Shown: positions 1 to 11,533 of the stretch, piece by piece | Numbering within the stretch: the stretch's first letter is position 1 | Layout: the number at the start of each line of letters is the position of its first letter | Notes under the pieces: generated by a model | The model's input: the letters and a program-made list of their open reading frames with translations, nothing else | Database searches by the model: none | What the model was told of the DNA's origin: nothing | Program-made: the position numbers and the translations under genes | From: Octopus sinensis | Taxonomy: Eukaryota | Direction of reading: 5' to 3' | Assembly: GCF_006345805.1 (NCBI RefSeq) | Contig: NC_043021.1 | Coordinates: 15,376,001-15,440,000 of the forward strand | Length of the DNA stretch: 64,000 nucleotides

Positions 1-921
1 AATTCCCATGAAATTTTGGTGGTAGATTTTAATTTGGATCAGTTTTAAACAGGAAATTCATTCGATATATTATCATAGATTGAAGGGCAGTCTCAGTGGG
101 GGGGGGGGGGGGTTGATGTAAAAAGGGTTAGACTTACCTGTACTTTCATTTCTTACTTAAGTGACTGAATCCAGCATAAATAGCCGGTACTTGGTGTTGG
201 TACAACAACAAAGCTATTGAATGTATTTTGATATTTACAAAATTCAATATCTTCATGTGCGCACACCCCACTCCCATCTCAGTCAAACCATCTAACCCAT
301 GATGATGATATATAGGCTGAAGCACTTAAAATGATATGCACACACATATATGTTGGTATATATATGCATGTATATATATATATATTTCTACATACATTTA
401 TACATGCACACATACACATACATGGCATAATAGTTAATTTAATGATAACATTTAATGCAGGGACCCTAGGGACCCTTGAAAACCTAACTACCCTAACACC
501 TCATGCAGTTAACTCCACCAGTTGGTTTATTGCTGCCTTTTAGCAGGGTTCATTCTGTGGCAGGTATTCCAACCAGAACCCTTGTTTCCTACCTTGCCCC
601 CCTTATTTCCCAGCGCAGATGCCGTGGTTGGACATCAGCCACATCACTTAGCGGCCCACTTGTTTGGGGAGTAGCGGCAGGAGAAAAAGCTATTATTGCT
701 TTTGTTATTCCTCTTCTTGGCAAACCTATACAGACTTACCACTTAACAATGTCTAATGAAAGATTTCACAAAGTATTAACTATTGATAATTGTTATTTTA
801 TTGTTTGGTTGGGCTTTTGGTTACTTTTTTTCTTTTATTGTTTCTAGCTTTAATAACTTAATGTATATATGTTGCACATGTGTGAGCATGCACATTCACT
901 CACATTTGTACTTCTTTCCCC

Positions 922-922
<1 letters not shown>

Positions 923-955
<33 letters not shown>

Positions 956-1262
956 AGTCTCTCTCTTTCTATCTTTCTCTGTCCCCCTCTCTCTGACAGT
1001 CTCTCTCTTTCTATCTTTCTCTGTCCCCCTCTCTCTGACAGTCTCTCTCTTTCTATCTTTCTCTGTCCCCCTCTCTCTGACAGTCTCTTCCTTCCTATCT
1101 TTCTCTGCCCCCCTCTCTCTGACGGTCTCTCTCTGACAGTCTCTCTCTGACAGTCTCTCTCTCTGACAGTCTCTCTCTTTCTATCTTTCTCTGCCTCCCT
1201 CTCTCTGACAGTCTCTCTCTTTTCCTGCCACTCTCCTGGTCTCCGACTCTCCCCCTCTCTCT
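923..1262. repeat. 42-bp CT-rich minisatellite with 14-16-bp sub-repeats
   Basis: GACAG/GACGG anchor recurs at 953, 995, 1037, 1079, 1121 (42-bp period), then 1135, 1149, 1165, 1207. Confidence 0.9.
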
Positions 1263-1699
1263 CCATTCTCATAATTAATTGTTTGACTGTAAAAAACATA
1301 ATTCTGTCAATGACTACAGTACATATTTGATCATTAAATGTCTGTTGATTTTTTTAGAAAAAAACTGTGTCATAGAAGTAAAGTGCATTCAGTTTTTCTA
1401 TGGAGCATTATTACATGTGGCCATAGGTTTTGGATTGTAAAAAAAAAAAAAACAAAACAAAAAAGACAATGGATTTGGATTATTTAAAAAAAAACAACTG
1501 ATTGTCTGCTTCTTGCATCGTAGCCCAACAATTGAAAAATCTGTGGCTTTGAAGGAAACAAAGATAATACACTGATGTGTCCTTCTTTTGTAATTTCATT
1601 CATGTGTGAGATGGGTTATAATTGCCATCATCACAATCACCATCATTGTCTGTTTTCCATGCCGGCGTGGGTTGGATGGTTTGAAAGGAACTAATAAGC

Positions 1700-2300
1700 A
1701 TCAGGCTCACAATCATGAGGTAGTGAGTTCGATTCCCAGGCCGGGCTGTGAATTGTGTTCTTGAGCAAGACACTTTATTTTCACGTTGTTCTGGTTCATT
1801 CTTTGCGAGCCCATGAAGGGGGATCTTAGTGAGTTCAATTCCTGGACTGGGCTGTGTGTTGTGTTCTTGAGCAAGACACTTTATTTTCATGTTGCTTTGG
1901 TTCACTTGTTGCAATCCCATGGTCATTCATGACCAAAGGGGGATCTTAGTGAGTTCAATTCCTAGACGTGCTGTGAGTTGTGTTCTTGAGCAAGACACTT
2001 TATTTTCACGTTGCTCCAGTTCACTCGTTGCGATCCCATGGTCATTCATGACCGAAGGGGGATCTTAGCGACTTCATTTCCTAGACTGGGCTGTGAGTTG
2101 TGTTTTTGAGCAAGACACTTTATTTTCACGTTGCTCCAGTTCACTCATTGCGATCCCATGGTCATGCATGACCGAAGGGGGATCTTAGCGACTTCATTTC
2201 CTAGACAGGGCTGTGAGTTGTGTTTTTGAGCAAGACGCTTTATTTTCACGTTGCTCCAGTTCACTCAGCTGTGGAAATGAGTAGCGATGTCACTGGTGCC
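1700..2300 (+). repeat. Tandem array (5 units, ~106-120 bp) derived from an internally deleted tRNA-SINE (family D head/core + E-type tail)
   Basis: TTGAGCAAGAC(A/G)CTTTATTTTCA(C/T)GTTG repeated five times; internal units carry a B-box-like motif and all or part of the CCCATGGTCATTCATGACCGAAGGGGG tail also seen ending the SINE at ~43520-43560. Confidence 0.85.
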
Positions 2301-2430
2301 AAGTAAAGGGTTGTAACTAAATACTGCAAAGAATTTCACTTGATACTAACGATTCTATTCAGCTCCTCATTGTGCCACACTGTTGAAGATCATTCCAAAG
2401 AAATAATTAAAAACATAGCAAACAGGATCT

Positions 2431-2828
2431 CTACTCTTTACTTTTTTACTTGTTTCAGTCATTTTGACTGCAGCCATACTGGGACACCACCTTTAGTCGA
2501 GCAAATCGACCCCAGGACTTATTCTTTGTAAGCTTAATACTTATTCTATTGGTCTCTTTGCTGAACTGTTAAGTTATGGGAACGTAAACACACCAGCATC
2601 GGTTGTCAAGCGATGTTGGCGGGGGTGTGCAAACACAGACACACAAACATACACACATATATACATATATACGTCAGGCTTCTTTCAGTTTCCGTCTACC
2701 AAATCCATTCACATGGCTTTGGTTGGCCTGAGGCTATAGTAGAAGATGCTTGCCCAAGGTGCCATGCAATGGGACTGAACCCAGAATCATGTGGTTGGTA
2801 AGCAAGCTACTTACCACACAGCCACTCC
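2431..2828 (-). mobile_element. SINE family A (tRNA-like head, internal microsatellite, AAGAGT-type tail)
   Basis: Reverse complement of the GGAGTGGCTGTGTGGTAAGTAGCTTGC...CAGTCAAATGACTGAAACAAGTAAAAGAG consensus seen many times in the window. Confidence 0.9.
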
Positions 2829-3414
2829 ATTGCTTTCGTTGTTATTGTTGTAGCTGGGTCAACCCTGATTAAGCAAACTTATGATCAAAGCTTTCCAGTC
2901 ATGGCCATCACATCTTATAATGTATCTAGGACTGCATCAACTGATATATCCTTCCTATTTTAAAAATCAGGTGTGATTTGTGAGCAATTAGTTTGCAATT
3001 TCAAGCAGGTGGAACGACCCTTGCAGAGGGCCCCTATCTTCCAGCTTCTTGGCTTTAGCTCAAACTGTTGGTGTGAACAGATTCATGTCAGTGGCATTTC
3101 CAGGAGTAACCTCAAATACCACCGAGAAGAGTAGCAAATGTTCGACTGATCGCATTATCAAGGAATTATAGGCTGACAGCATAACAAATTAAGATTATTT
3201 CCATTTAATTAATGAAACTAATTATGGCTGTTGCCTTAAATTTCAAGAGCAGATGTTTATGGCATTCAGCATTGGTTTTAATATCATTCATCCATCAAAT
3301 GAGCTGGAGTAGTAAAAACAGCTCTCAAATATAATGCTGTTGTTCACTGACCTAATGGTGTATAGATGTTGTTACTTGTACTCCGCTGATGAAAATTTTC
3401 TTTGTCTTAATAAC

Positions 3415-3808
3415 TTACTCTTTACTCTTGCTCTTTTACTTGTTTCAGTCATTTGACTGCGGCCGTGCTGGAGCACCGCTTTTAATCGAGCAACTTGACC
3501 CCGGGACTTATTCTTTTGTAAGCCCAGTACTTATTCTATCGGTCTCTTTTGCCGAACCGCTAAGTAACGGGGACATAAACACACCAGCATTGGTTGTCAA
3601 GCAATGATAGGGGGACAAACACAGACACACACACACACGCATATATATATACATATATACGAGGGGCTTCTTTCAGTTTCCGTCTACCAAATCCACTCAA
3701 GGCTTTGGTCGGCCCGAGACTATAGTAGAAGACACTTGCCCAAGGTGCCACGCAGTAGGACTGAACCCAGAACCATGTGGTTGGTAAACAAGCTATATAC
3801 CACACAGC
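3415..3808 (-). mobile_element. SINE family A
   Basis: Same consensus as 2431-2828 with internal (CA)n(TA)n. Confidence 0.9.
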
Positions 3809-4023
3809 TGTTGAATTATCTCCACTATTTTGGGGCCAGATTGTTGCTGTTGGTTTCTTGCCCCAGGTCAGCTCTGAAATATACAGATATACTCAGAATA
3901 TTGCTGAGGGTCATCTCTTATGTTTCTTCATAATTATCTATAATCTTTCCCAAAACGATGTTGCAAATCATTTGTCTTGCAGATCAGTGGTTTTTTTTTT
4001 TTAAATGTGGGTTTTATATATTA

Positions 4024-4388
4024 CTAGCAGTATCGCCCGGCGTTGCTCGGGTTTGTAAGGGAAATAACTATATAAGCATTTTTAGAGACTTATAGTAAAA
4101 AAATAGCAAAAAACTGCATTTTTAAATCGTTGACTCATCGTAGACATTTTTAGAGAGTTACTTCCCTTATATAATAGCGAAAAAATGCATTAAAATGGAA
4201 CAAAATGATGGTAAATTTTTTTTTAAATCGTAGACTCATCGTAGATGTGCACTAATACCCAGAAGGGCTCGATATGAATCACAACTATAAGATACCCGGT
4301 TTTGGTTAAACTGCACCGCAAAATGTGGCAGTAGTTAGGAATCTAAATCGTAGGAGACAGACACACAACTTGACTTTATATATAAAGA
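4024..4388 (-). mobile_element. Non-autonomous Helitron
   Basis: On the minus strand starts TC(TTTATATA), ends CTAG, sits between A and T with no TSD, and has a GC-rich hairpin (CCCGG-CGTTGC-TCGGG, 4036-4051) 8 nt from the CTAG end. Confidence 0.8.
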
Positions 4389-4656
4389 TTTTAGGATTTC
4401 ACTGCAGAAAATAAAGTTGGAAGCAATATCAGAAAGCATTTTGTCCAACATGCTAAATCAAAGACATTTCAACCACATCCTATTTTTCCTTTCTTTTGCT
4501 ATATTTGCCTTTCATTCCCTCTGAAGTTGGTCACACAAAGTACCAGTTATGTACTGGGGTGAATGATACCAACTAAACCCCTTTCACCAGATTTCTACCT
4601 TTGTTCCTAAGTCAAATAATTATCATTTTCTCTCTTGTTATTACCACATGTGAAGA

Positions 4657-4960
4657 CATGTGGTTAGGGTGTTCTGATAGTGATCGTAACATCGTGGGTT
4701 CAATTCCTGGTCGTGTATTGTATTCTTGAGCAAGACACTCTACTTCACATTCCTCCAGTCCACTCAGCTGGCAAATATGTGTAGTACCTGTATTTCAAAG
4801 GGCCAGCCTTGTCACATTCCATGTCACACTGGATCTCTCAAAGCCATGTTATGGGTATGTGTGTCTGTGGAGTGCTCAGCCACCTGCACGTTAATTTCAC
4901 AAGCAGCTGTTCCATTGAGTAGATCAACTGGAATCCTCATCACCATGAGTGATGGAATAC
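4657..4960 (+). mobile_element. SINE family D (tRNA-like head, GAGCAAGACAC core), tail shared with 8205-8589
   Basis: GTGGTTAGGG...GGTTCAATTCC head, core, then ACCTGTATTTCAAAGGGCCAGCC...GATCAACTGGAA tail. Confidence 0.7.
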
Positions 4961-5294
4961 CACCCTATAACCACATGAAAATCTTTGACTTCTCATGTGA
5001 CTTCAGCATAAGTAGATATATAATGAAATTTCGCTTCCAGTTGCTTTCTCTGTTTTGCAATTGTGTGTGTGTGTGTAGACTCTGGGTTTGTTCCTTGTAA
5101 CCAAATGACTGATGCTTCAAACAAACGTTGACATTTGCTGCGGCTTGGAAAATGTTTCAGTGTTAAAAAGAAAGAGATAAATGCAATGATGATAATGATA
5201 ACAAATGTTTATGTTATTGCGTATGTAGTTTAGTATTTCCGGTGTGATATGTATGGCTACGCACTGATACCATGGTAATTTGTTTTTTATATAA

Positions 5295-5425
5295 GTGTGT
5301 CTACATATATATATGCGTATATAGATATATATATATATATATATATATTTACAGATAAATTCCTCTATTTACGTAATATCAAGGTCTCTTTCAATCTTTT
5401 TGTTTTTGTCTTATTACCATATATC

Positions 5426-5463
<38 letters not shown>

Positions 5464-5585
5464 TATATTTATGTATGGGTAATGGGTGTACATACACATA
5501 AGCGTTTAAACATAAATTTGTGTGTTTGTATATACACAACATATACACACTCAATCATATTTTTATCATGTATGTGTGTGAAGAT

Positions 5586-5616
<31 letters not shown>

Positions 5617-5770
5617 TATTTATACATACATACAACTATATTATACCCATGCTTGTGTGTGTGTGTGTGTGTGTGTATGTGTTTATACACACAGACATAT
5701 TTGTGTCCTCTGCATATATGTACTTGTATATATGTGTATATATACCTATACTTGTATATTTTTTTGTGTG

Positions 5771-5802
<32 letters not shown>

Positions 5803-5880
5803 AGCATGCACACACACATGCATATAAGCATGCACACACACATGCATATAAGCATACACGCACATATATGTGTGTGTGTG
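5295..5880. repeat. Compound (TA)n/(TG)n/(CA)n microsatellite region
   Basis: Direct inspection. Confidence 0.9.
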
Positions 5881-6253
5881 TAGTCACCCAACCACCTAGC
5901 TTCTGAACAATACACTAGTTGTTACTATTTATGACTACCATCTTTCCATCCCTCCCAGTTTCCAAGTAGTGAGTTAGCTATAGGTTAACTACAAGAATTC
6001 TTACAATAAAGAAACACATTCTTTCTGAAGGTGCGACTAACAAGCATTTTTCTCGCTGAACCGTAAAATTGCAAAGCTAGAATGTCAGATTATTGCAAGG
6101 AATCGAATATAAGAATGTCAAATTACCAAAGGGGAATCTCTTGAACATAATTTTACCAAAAGTTGGGAATTTCTAGTTTTTTGTTGTCTTATTTTATGGT
6201 CATTTGTTTAGTTGTTTTTTTTTTAATCTTTTGTTAACCTTTGTGGGGAGTTT

Positions 6254-6284
<31 letters not shown>

Positions 6285-6382
6285 TGTATTTTCGCTTGTT
6301 TGTTTTTTGGTTTTGTTTTCTTTTACCCTTTCTTTACTCTTCATAATATCATTACTTGGATCATCTTTTTTGTTAGAAATTG

Positions 6383-6420
<38 letters not shown>

Positions 6421-6423
<3 letters not shown>

Positions 6424-6575
6424 TGAAATTTATAGAAAAACAACAGACAAAGACAGGTGTTTGAACAACAAGCAAGTGTATTAGTTTGACACTTTGGAAA
6501 ATGAAAAAGTCTTTTACGTTTCGGGCCTATGCTCTTCAACAGAAAGGAATAAGAGAAAATAAATAGAGAGAGAAT
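6421..6575 (-). mobile_element. Repeat fragment with hammerhead-like core (possibly Penelope-like-element derived), abutting (TA)n
   Basis: Minus strand 6546-6511 reads cttt-CTGTTGA-a-gagc-atag-gccc-GAAAC-GTA-aaag; a short related start is at ~61420. Confidence 0.45.
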
Positions 6576-6754
6576 AAAAAAAAAAAAAAAAAAAAAAACT
6601 TGTAAATTTAAGCAGTCCAGTATGATATCTGTTAATATTCTGTGTTGTAGGTGTGGACTGCAGCTATGCTTAGGACACCATCTTGAAGGATTACAGTCAA
6701 GCAAATTGACCCAGTACTTGTGTTATTTTTAGTCTGGCTAAGTTACAGGGACAT

Positions 6755-7010
6755 TTTGTCTTTGAGAGAGACCTTGAGACTGTCCTTGAAGCGCTTCTTC
6801 TGCCCTCCGACTTTGCGTTTGCCCTGGCTGAGTTCACCGTAGAAGAGCTGTTTTGGGATGCGAGTGTCGGACATGCGGGAGACGTGGCCTGCCCATCTCA
6901 GCTGGGCCTTGCACATGATCGTGATGGTGCTAGGGAGATCTGCCTGCTTCAGAACTTCCGTGTCTGGGACTTTGTCCTGCCAGCGGATGTGAAGGAGGTT
7001 CCGAAGACAC
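6755..7010 (-). mobile_element. RTE-clade LINE ORF2 internal fragment (post-RT C-terminal region), inserted in a degenerate SINE A
   Basis: Open frame CLRNLLHIRWQDKVPDTEVL...QLRWAGHVSRMSDTRIPKQLFYGELSQGKRKVGGQKKRFKDSLK typical of RTE ORF2; flanked by 9-bp direct repeat CAGGGACAT (6746-6754, 7011-7019). Confidence 0.9.
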
Positions 7011-7188
7011 CAGGGACATAAACAAACACTGGCTGTCAAACAGTGGAGTGGCAAATACAAAGACACACACATGTCAACAAGAAGGGCATTGAGCTGTAGA
7101 AATTCTGCCTCAACAAATTCCATCTCACCCATGCAAACATGAAAAAGTGGACATTAAATGTTAGAATGATGATGATTTACAGGGTGTA

Positions 7189-7608
7189 TTACTCTTTACT
7201 CTTTTACTTGTTTCAGTCATTTGACTGCGGCCATGCTGGAGCACCGCCTTTAGTCGAGCAAATCGACCCCAGGACTTATTCTTTGTAAGCCCAGTACTTA
7301 TTCTATCGGTCTCTTTTTGCCGAACCGCTAAGTGACGGGGACGTAAACAAACACACCAGCATCGGTTGTCAAGCAATGCTAGGGGGGTACAAACACAGAC
7401 ACACAAACATACACACACACATACATATATATAAATACATATATACAACGGGCTTCTCTCAGTTTCCGTCTACCAAATCCATTCACAAGGCATTGGTCGG
7501 CCCGAGGCTATAGCAGAAGACACTTGCCCAAGATGCCACGCAGTGGGACTGAACCCGGAACCATGTGGTTGGTAAGAAAGCTACTTACCACACAGCCACT
7601 CCTGCGCC
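7189..7608 (-). mobile_element. SINE family A, near full length
   Basis: Close match to window consensus including the GGCGCAGGAGTGG 5' end. Confidence 0.92.
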
Positions 7609-8204
7609 TACTGGGTATATTTTTCATGGCACCAGTCTTAGGTTTGTTGTAAATGATAACAACTTTGAGGAAAAGAGAAATGAATGTTACATATGTTTCA
7701 GTGAATGACTGCCATTTATTTCATATTACACACAAAGTTTATGCAATAAATTTAGAGTTCATGCACTTCTTCAGGTGTTATAAGTCGATTCACATTCAAC
7801 TACACACACACACACACATGTGCATACGAAGACATACATAAAGCACTTTTATATACTTAACTTTGCTATGACAGTGCATCAAACGTGATGACAGTGTTGA
7901 GCCTAGGCATTCATCCTCTTCCACCTCCAACACATTGTTTCTCTTGGGAGGAGATGTGGCTCTGAGGGCACTGAAAGTCACCCTGAACAACAACCGCAGG
8001 TGTTTGATGAAGTTTCTTGTATTAGGCTTTTCCGTTTTCTCTTTCAATAATTTGGAGATTGTATCTGTATTTACTATATCAAGGCTTTCCAATTATTTCG
8101 TCATTGGCAATCTCTACACCATTGCCAGTGTAGAACACTGCCCAAGGACTTCTAACAGATGAACTTCACTGAGGGCTACCTAGTCAGCTGGTTTGCAGTG
8201 AAGG

Positions 8205-8589
8205 TGGAAGCACTCCGTCGGTTACGACGATGAGGGTTCCGGTTGATCCGATCAACGGAACAGCCTGCTCGTGAAATTAACGTGTAAGTGACTGAGCACT
8301 CCACAGACACGTGTACCCTTAATGTAGTTCTCGGGGATATTCAGCGTGACACAGAGAGTGAATAGGCCGGCCCTTTGAAATACAGGTACAACAGAAACAG
8401 GAAGTAAGAGTGAGAGAAAGTTGTGGTGAAAGAGTACAGCAGGGATCACCACCATCCCCTGCTGGAGCCTCGTGGAGCTTTTAGGTGTTTTCGCTCAATA
8501 AACACTCACAACGCCCGGTCCGGGAATTGAAACCGCGATCCTACGACCGCGAGTCCGCTGCCCTAACCACTGGGCCATTGCGCCACCAC
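8205..8589 (-). mobile_element. Young CpG-rich tRNA-derived SINE (D-related) with 11-bp TSD
   Basis: Minus-strand head GGCGCAATGGCCCAGTGGTTAGGGCAGCGGACTCGCGGTCGTAGGATCGCGGTTTCAATTCC (A and B boxes); TSD TGCAGTGAAGG at 8194-8204 and 8590-8600. Confidence 0.9.
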
Positions 8590-9645
8590 TGCAGTGAAGG
8601 ACCTCCGGTTAGGCAAGACTTCTCTGAAAGACCAGTCGGCTGATTGCTTTCGCCCTCACGGTGTATAACCAAACGTAGCAAAATAAATTTTTCATCAACA
8701 CGCTCTTGGTTGCCTTTGATTTCATCGTGTATAGCTTGACTAAGCTATACAACCATCAGTGGTGGCAGCAGTAACAACAACAACAACAACAACAGTGGCA
8801 GTGGTGGCGGTGGTGCTGCTGTTAATTTTCGGTACAAGATCAATTTTAGAGGATAAGAGGAGAACCATAATCGTATTCTTTATTCATTTCGGTTGTATTT
8901 GCTTTAATTACTTGATGGAACTAAGCGGTTACTGCAAAGTGAAACCTAAAACAGTTCCACTGTAACAATCTAAAAGGGCTGAGTTTATCTAAATCGTGTT
9001 TACTTCCATTGTGTGTGTTTATTGTATGGTTTGTTATTGCCATAAACACTGTTGATCTGACAATTTGATTAACTTGTAATGTAGTCAGTCACTTGTAGAT
9101 GTAGTTATTTGTATGTATAGACATTTGTGTACATATGTGTATATATGTGTGTGTGTGTGTATATGTATGTATGTATGTATGTATCTGTGTGTACACACAT
9201 TTGTAAGCAATCATTGTATACACATAGAGAATGCCGTATCTATTTTGTGTTTGTTTTGTCTGTTTCTCTTTCTGTTTTTTTTTGTTACTGATAAAAGGAT
9301 TACTTCAATGTTTGGGAATAAATTTTGCACACAATTCTTAATACTCTCTCTCTACTATAAATACTTATATTATCTAATTGGATGTAGATTTTAGACTTAT
9401 CATTGATATCATTGCTGATGTCGTCATAATTGTCATCATCATCATCATCCTCGTTACCACCACCAAAATCACCACTCCTGTCTCTGCCAGCACCAACATC
9501 AACACCATCATGAGTGTGTACCCTTTTCAAGCTTCTCCAGTCATGTTTGTGATATTTTTCCTCATCATTTTATCGGTCATCATTTTAATGTCCACTTTTC
9601 CCCACTTGCATGGGTAGATGGAGTTTGTTGAGGAATATTTTTTCT

Positions 9646-9889
9646 TATTTCTTTATTGCCCACGAGGGGCTAAACATAGAGGGGACAAACAAGGACAGAC
9701 ATAGGTATTAAGTCGATGACATCAACCCCAGTGCGTAACTGGTACTTAATTTATCAACTAACTAACTAACCCCAAAAGGATGAAAGGCAAAGTAGACCTC
9801 AACGGAATTTGAACTCAGAACATAAAGACAGACAAAATACCGCTAAGCATTTCACCTGGCATGCTAACGTTTCTGCCAACTCGCCGCCT
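9646..9889 (-). mobile_element. SINE family B (TCGACCCCGAAAGGATGAAAGGCAAAGTCGACC core)
   Basis: Full match to the copy at 24377-24607; B box GAGTTCAAATTC on minus strand. Confidence 0.85.
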
Positions 9890-10105
9890 TTATGGCTGGG
9901 TACCCTTCCTGTTGCCAACCCTTATCTGTTGCCAAGCCAGGCGATATTTTCTTCATGGCCAGATGTGTTTTCACAGAATATTGCCAAACCATCCAATCCA
10001 TGCCAGCATGGAAAGCAGACGTTAAACAATGATGAGTGATAATGAATTAGGGATAAATTGTCTCTTCCTGTCCTAAATGTAACTCTTAGAGAATACTTGT
10101 GAGCT

Positions 10106-10546
10106 TAGTATGTTGTCAACTTAATGTGACAGTCCCATGAAAGGGAAGATTGCTACTGTTATTTAGCCCTAGGAAACACCGTTTACTGTTGGACTTGACA
10201 CATTTCCTCTGTCCTTATGTTTTCGAAGTAGAGATAAGCACCTCCACCCAACAAAGCCAGCAACCAGAGGCTAGTTTCAGTCATTGCTCATCATCAGTCT
10301 GGAGTAGCATGGCCTATCCGTGGATAGGCATCGACAGCTAGCAAGCCATGATACTCCAAACTGGACAATGACTCTGACACTAGTCTCTGGATGCTGGCTT
10401 TGCTGAGTGGAGGTGCTTATCTCCACTTTCAAAACAAGGACACAGGAAATATGTCAAGTCCAACAGGAAATGGTGTTTCCGAGGGTAAAATAACAGTAGC
10501 ATTCATCCCTTTTATGGGACTGTCACATTAAGTTGACAACATACTA
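10106..10546. mobile_element. ~440-bp fold-back (palindromic) MITE-like element
   Basis: Arms 10106-10313 and 10345-10546 are reverse complements (outer 33 bp identical, roughly 85-90% overall); TA at both termini. Confidence 0.85.
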
Positions 10547-11329
10547 TCACTTTCAAGTGCTGCTACTGTATAAATCTCTCTGAGGAATTTAGAAATGTAT
10601 TATTTGTACTCGTGAGCTTGTCTAAAAAAAATTAAAAAAACCAACCTTTACTATGACTAGCTTTTGAGCATTCCTAGCATTAATTATATGTTAATGAATA
10701 TAACAGCTGATTTCAGCTTTTATGATAGATGTTGTATTGTCTTTGGTATTCAAGGCAAACACAATAACTTGCCTTGAATGCTGATTTAATTAATTATAGA
10801 CTCAGGCATGGTCATGTGGTTAAGCGGCTTGCTTTACAAGTACATGGTTTTGGGTTCAGTTCCACTGCAAATCAACTTCTACTATAAACCTAGGTTGAGC
10901 AATGGTTGTGGTTAAATTTGGTAGATGGAAACTGTGTGGAAGCCTGTTGTGTTTGTCTGTGTCTTAATGTCGGTGTTTGTCCTAGTAAACAAGTAGCCAT
11001 ACTTGTCCAACTTCTTCGTCAGCTGGTTCTGCTTTTATATGTCAAGGTCAAGTCGTTTGATTTTATTTATATATATATGGTTTCCTATCTCTCTCTCTTT
11101 CTCACACACGTGAATGCACACCTACATTTAATGAACTGAAAGAACGAGTACTCAACATCACACCGATGTATAAATAGTTTCTTATACCAGAAATTGACAG
11201 CGCTCTACTATTAGTGTGTGTGTGTGTGTACAAGTATGCTCTGAAGTTTCTTGAATTAATATACTGAAAGAACTAGTGTATATGCAAATATAAACTGGTG
11301 TATGTATATGTGTGTGTTCCACATACAGA

Positions 11330-11501
11330 CTTTCTTTCTCTCTCTCCCTCTCACACACATACACACTCATGCTCTCACACACACACACACACTTGTGCTC
11401 ACATACTCTCATTCTCTCTCTCTCTCTTACATATACACACACTTGTGCTCACACCCACACACACTTGTGCTCTCTTTCTCTCATACACACACACACTCAT
11501 G

Positions 11502-11533
<32 letters not shown>

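Noticed and set aside
130-260. Minus-strand ATG AAA GTA CAG|GTAAGT, and a possible 13-nt microexon at ~740-752
   Set aside because: Good donors but weak or ambiguous acceptors and no supporting downstream exon; such motifs are expected by chance in 64 kb.
1700-2300. CRISPR-like array
   Set aside because: Eukaryotic context; the segments between the conserved blocks are homologous to each other, not unique spacers, and derive from a SINE.
8520-8589. tRNA gene
   Set aside because: The tRNA-like region is the head of a TSD-flanked SINE and continues into SINE body; no full cloverleaf or terminator.
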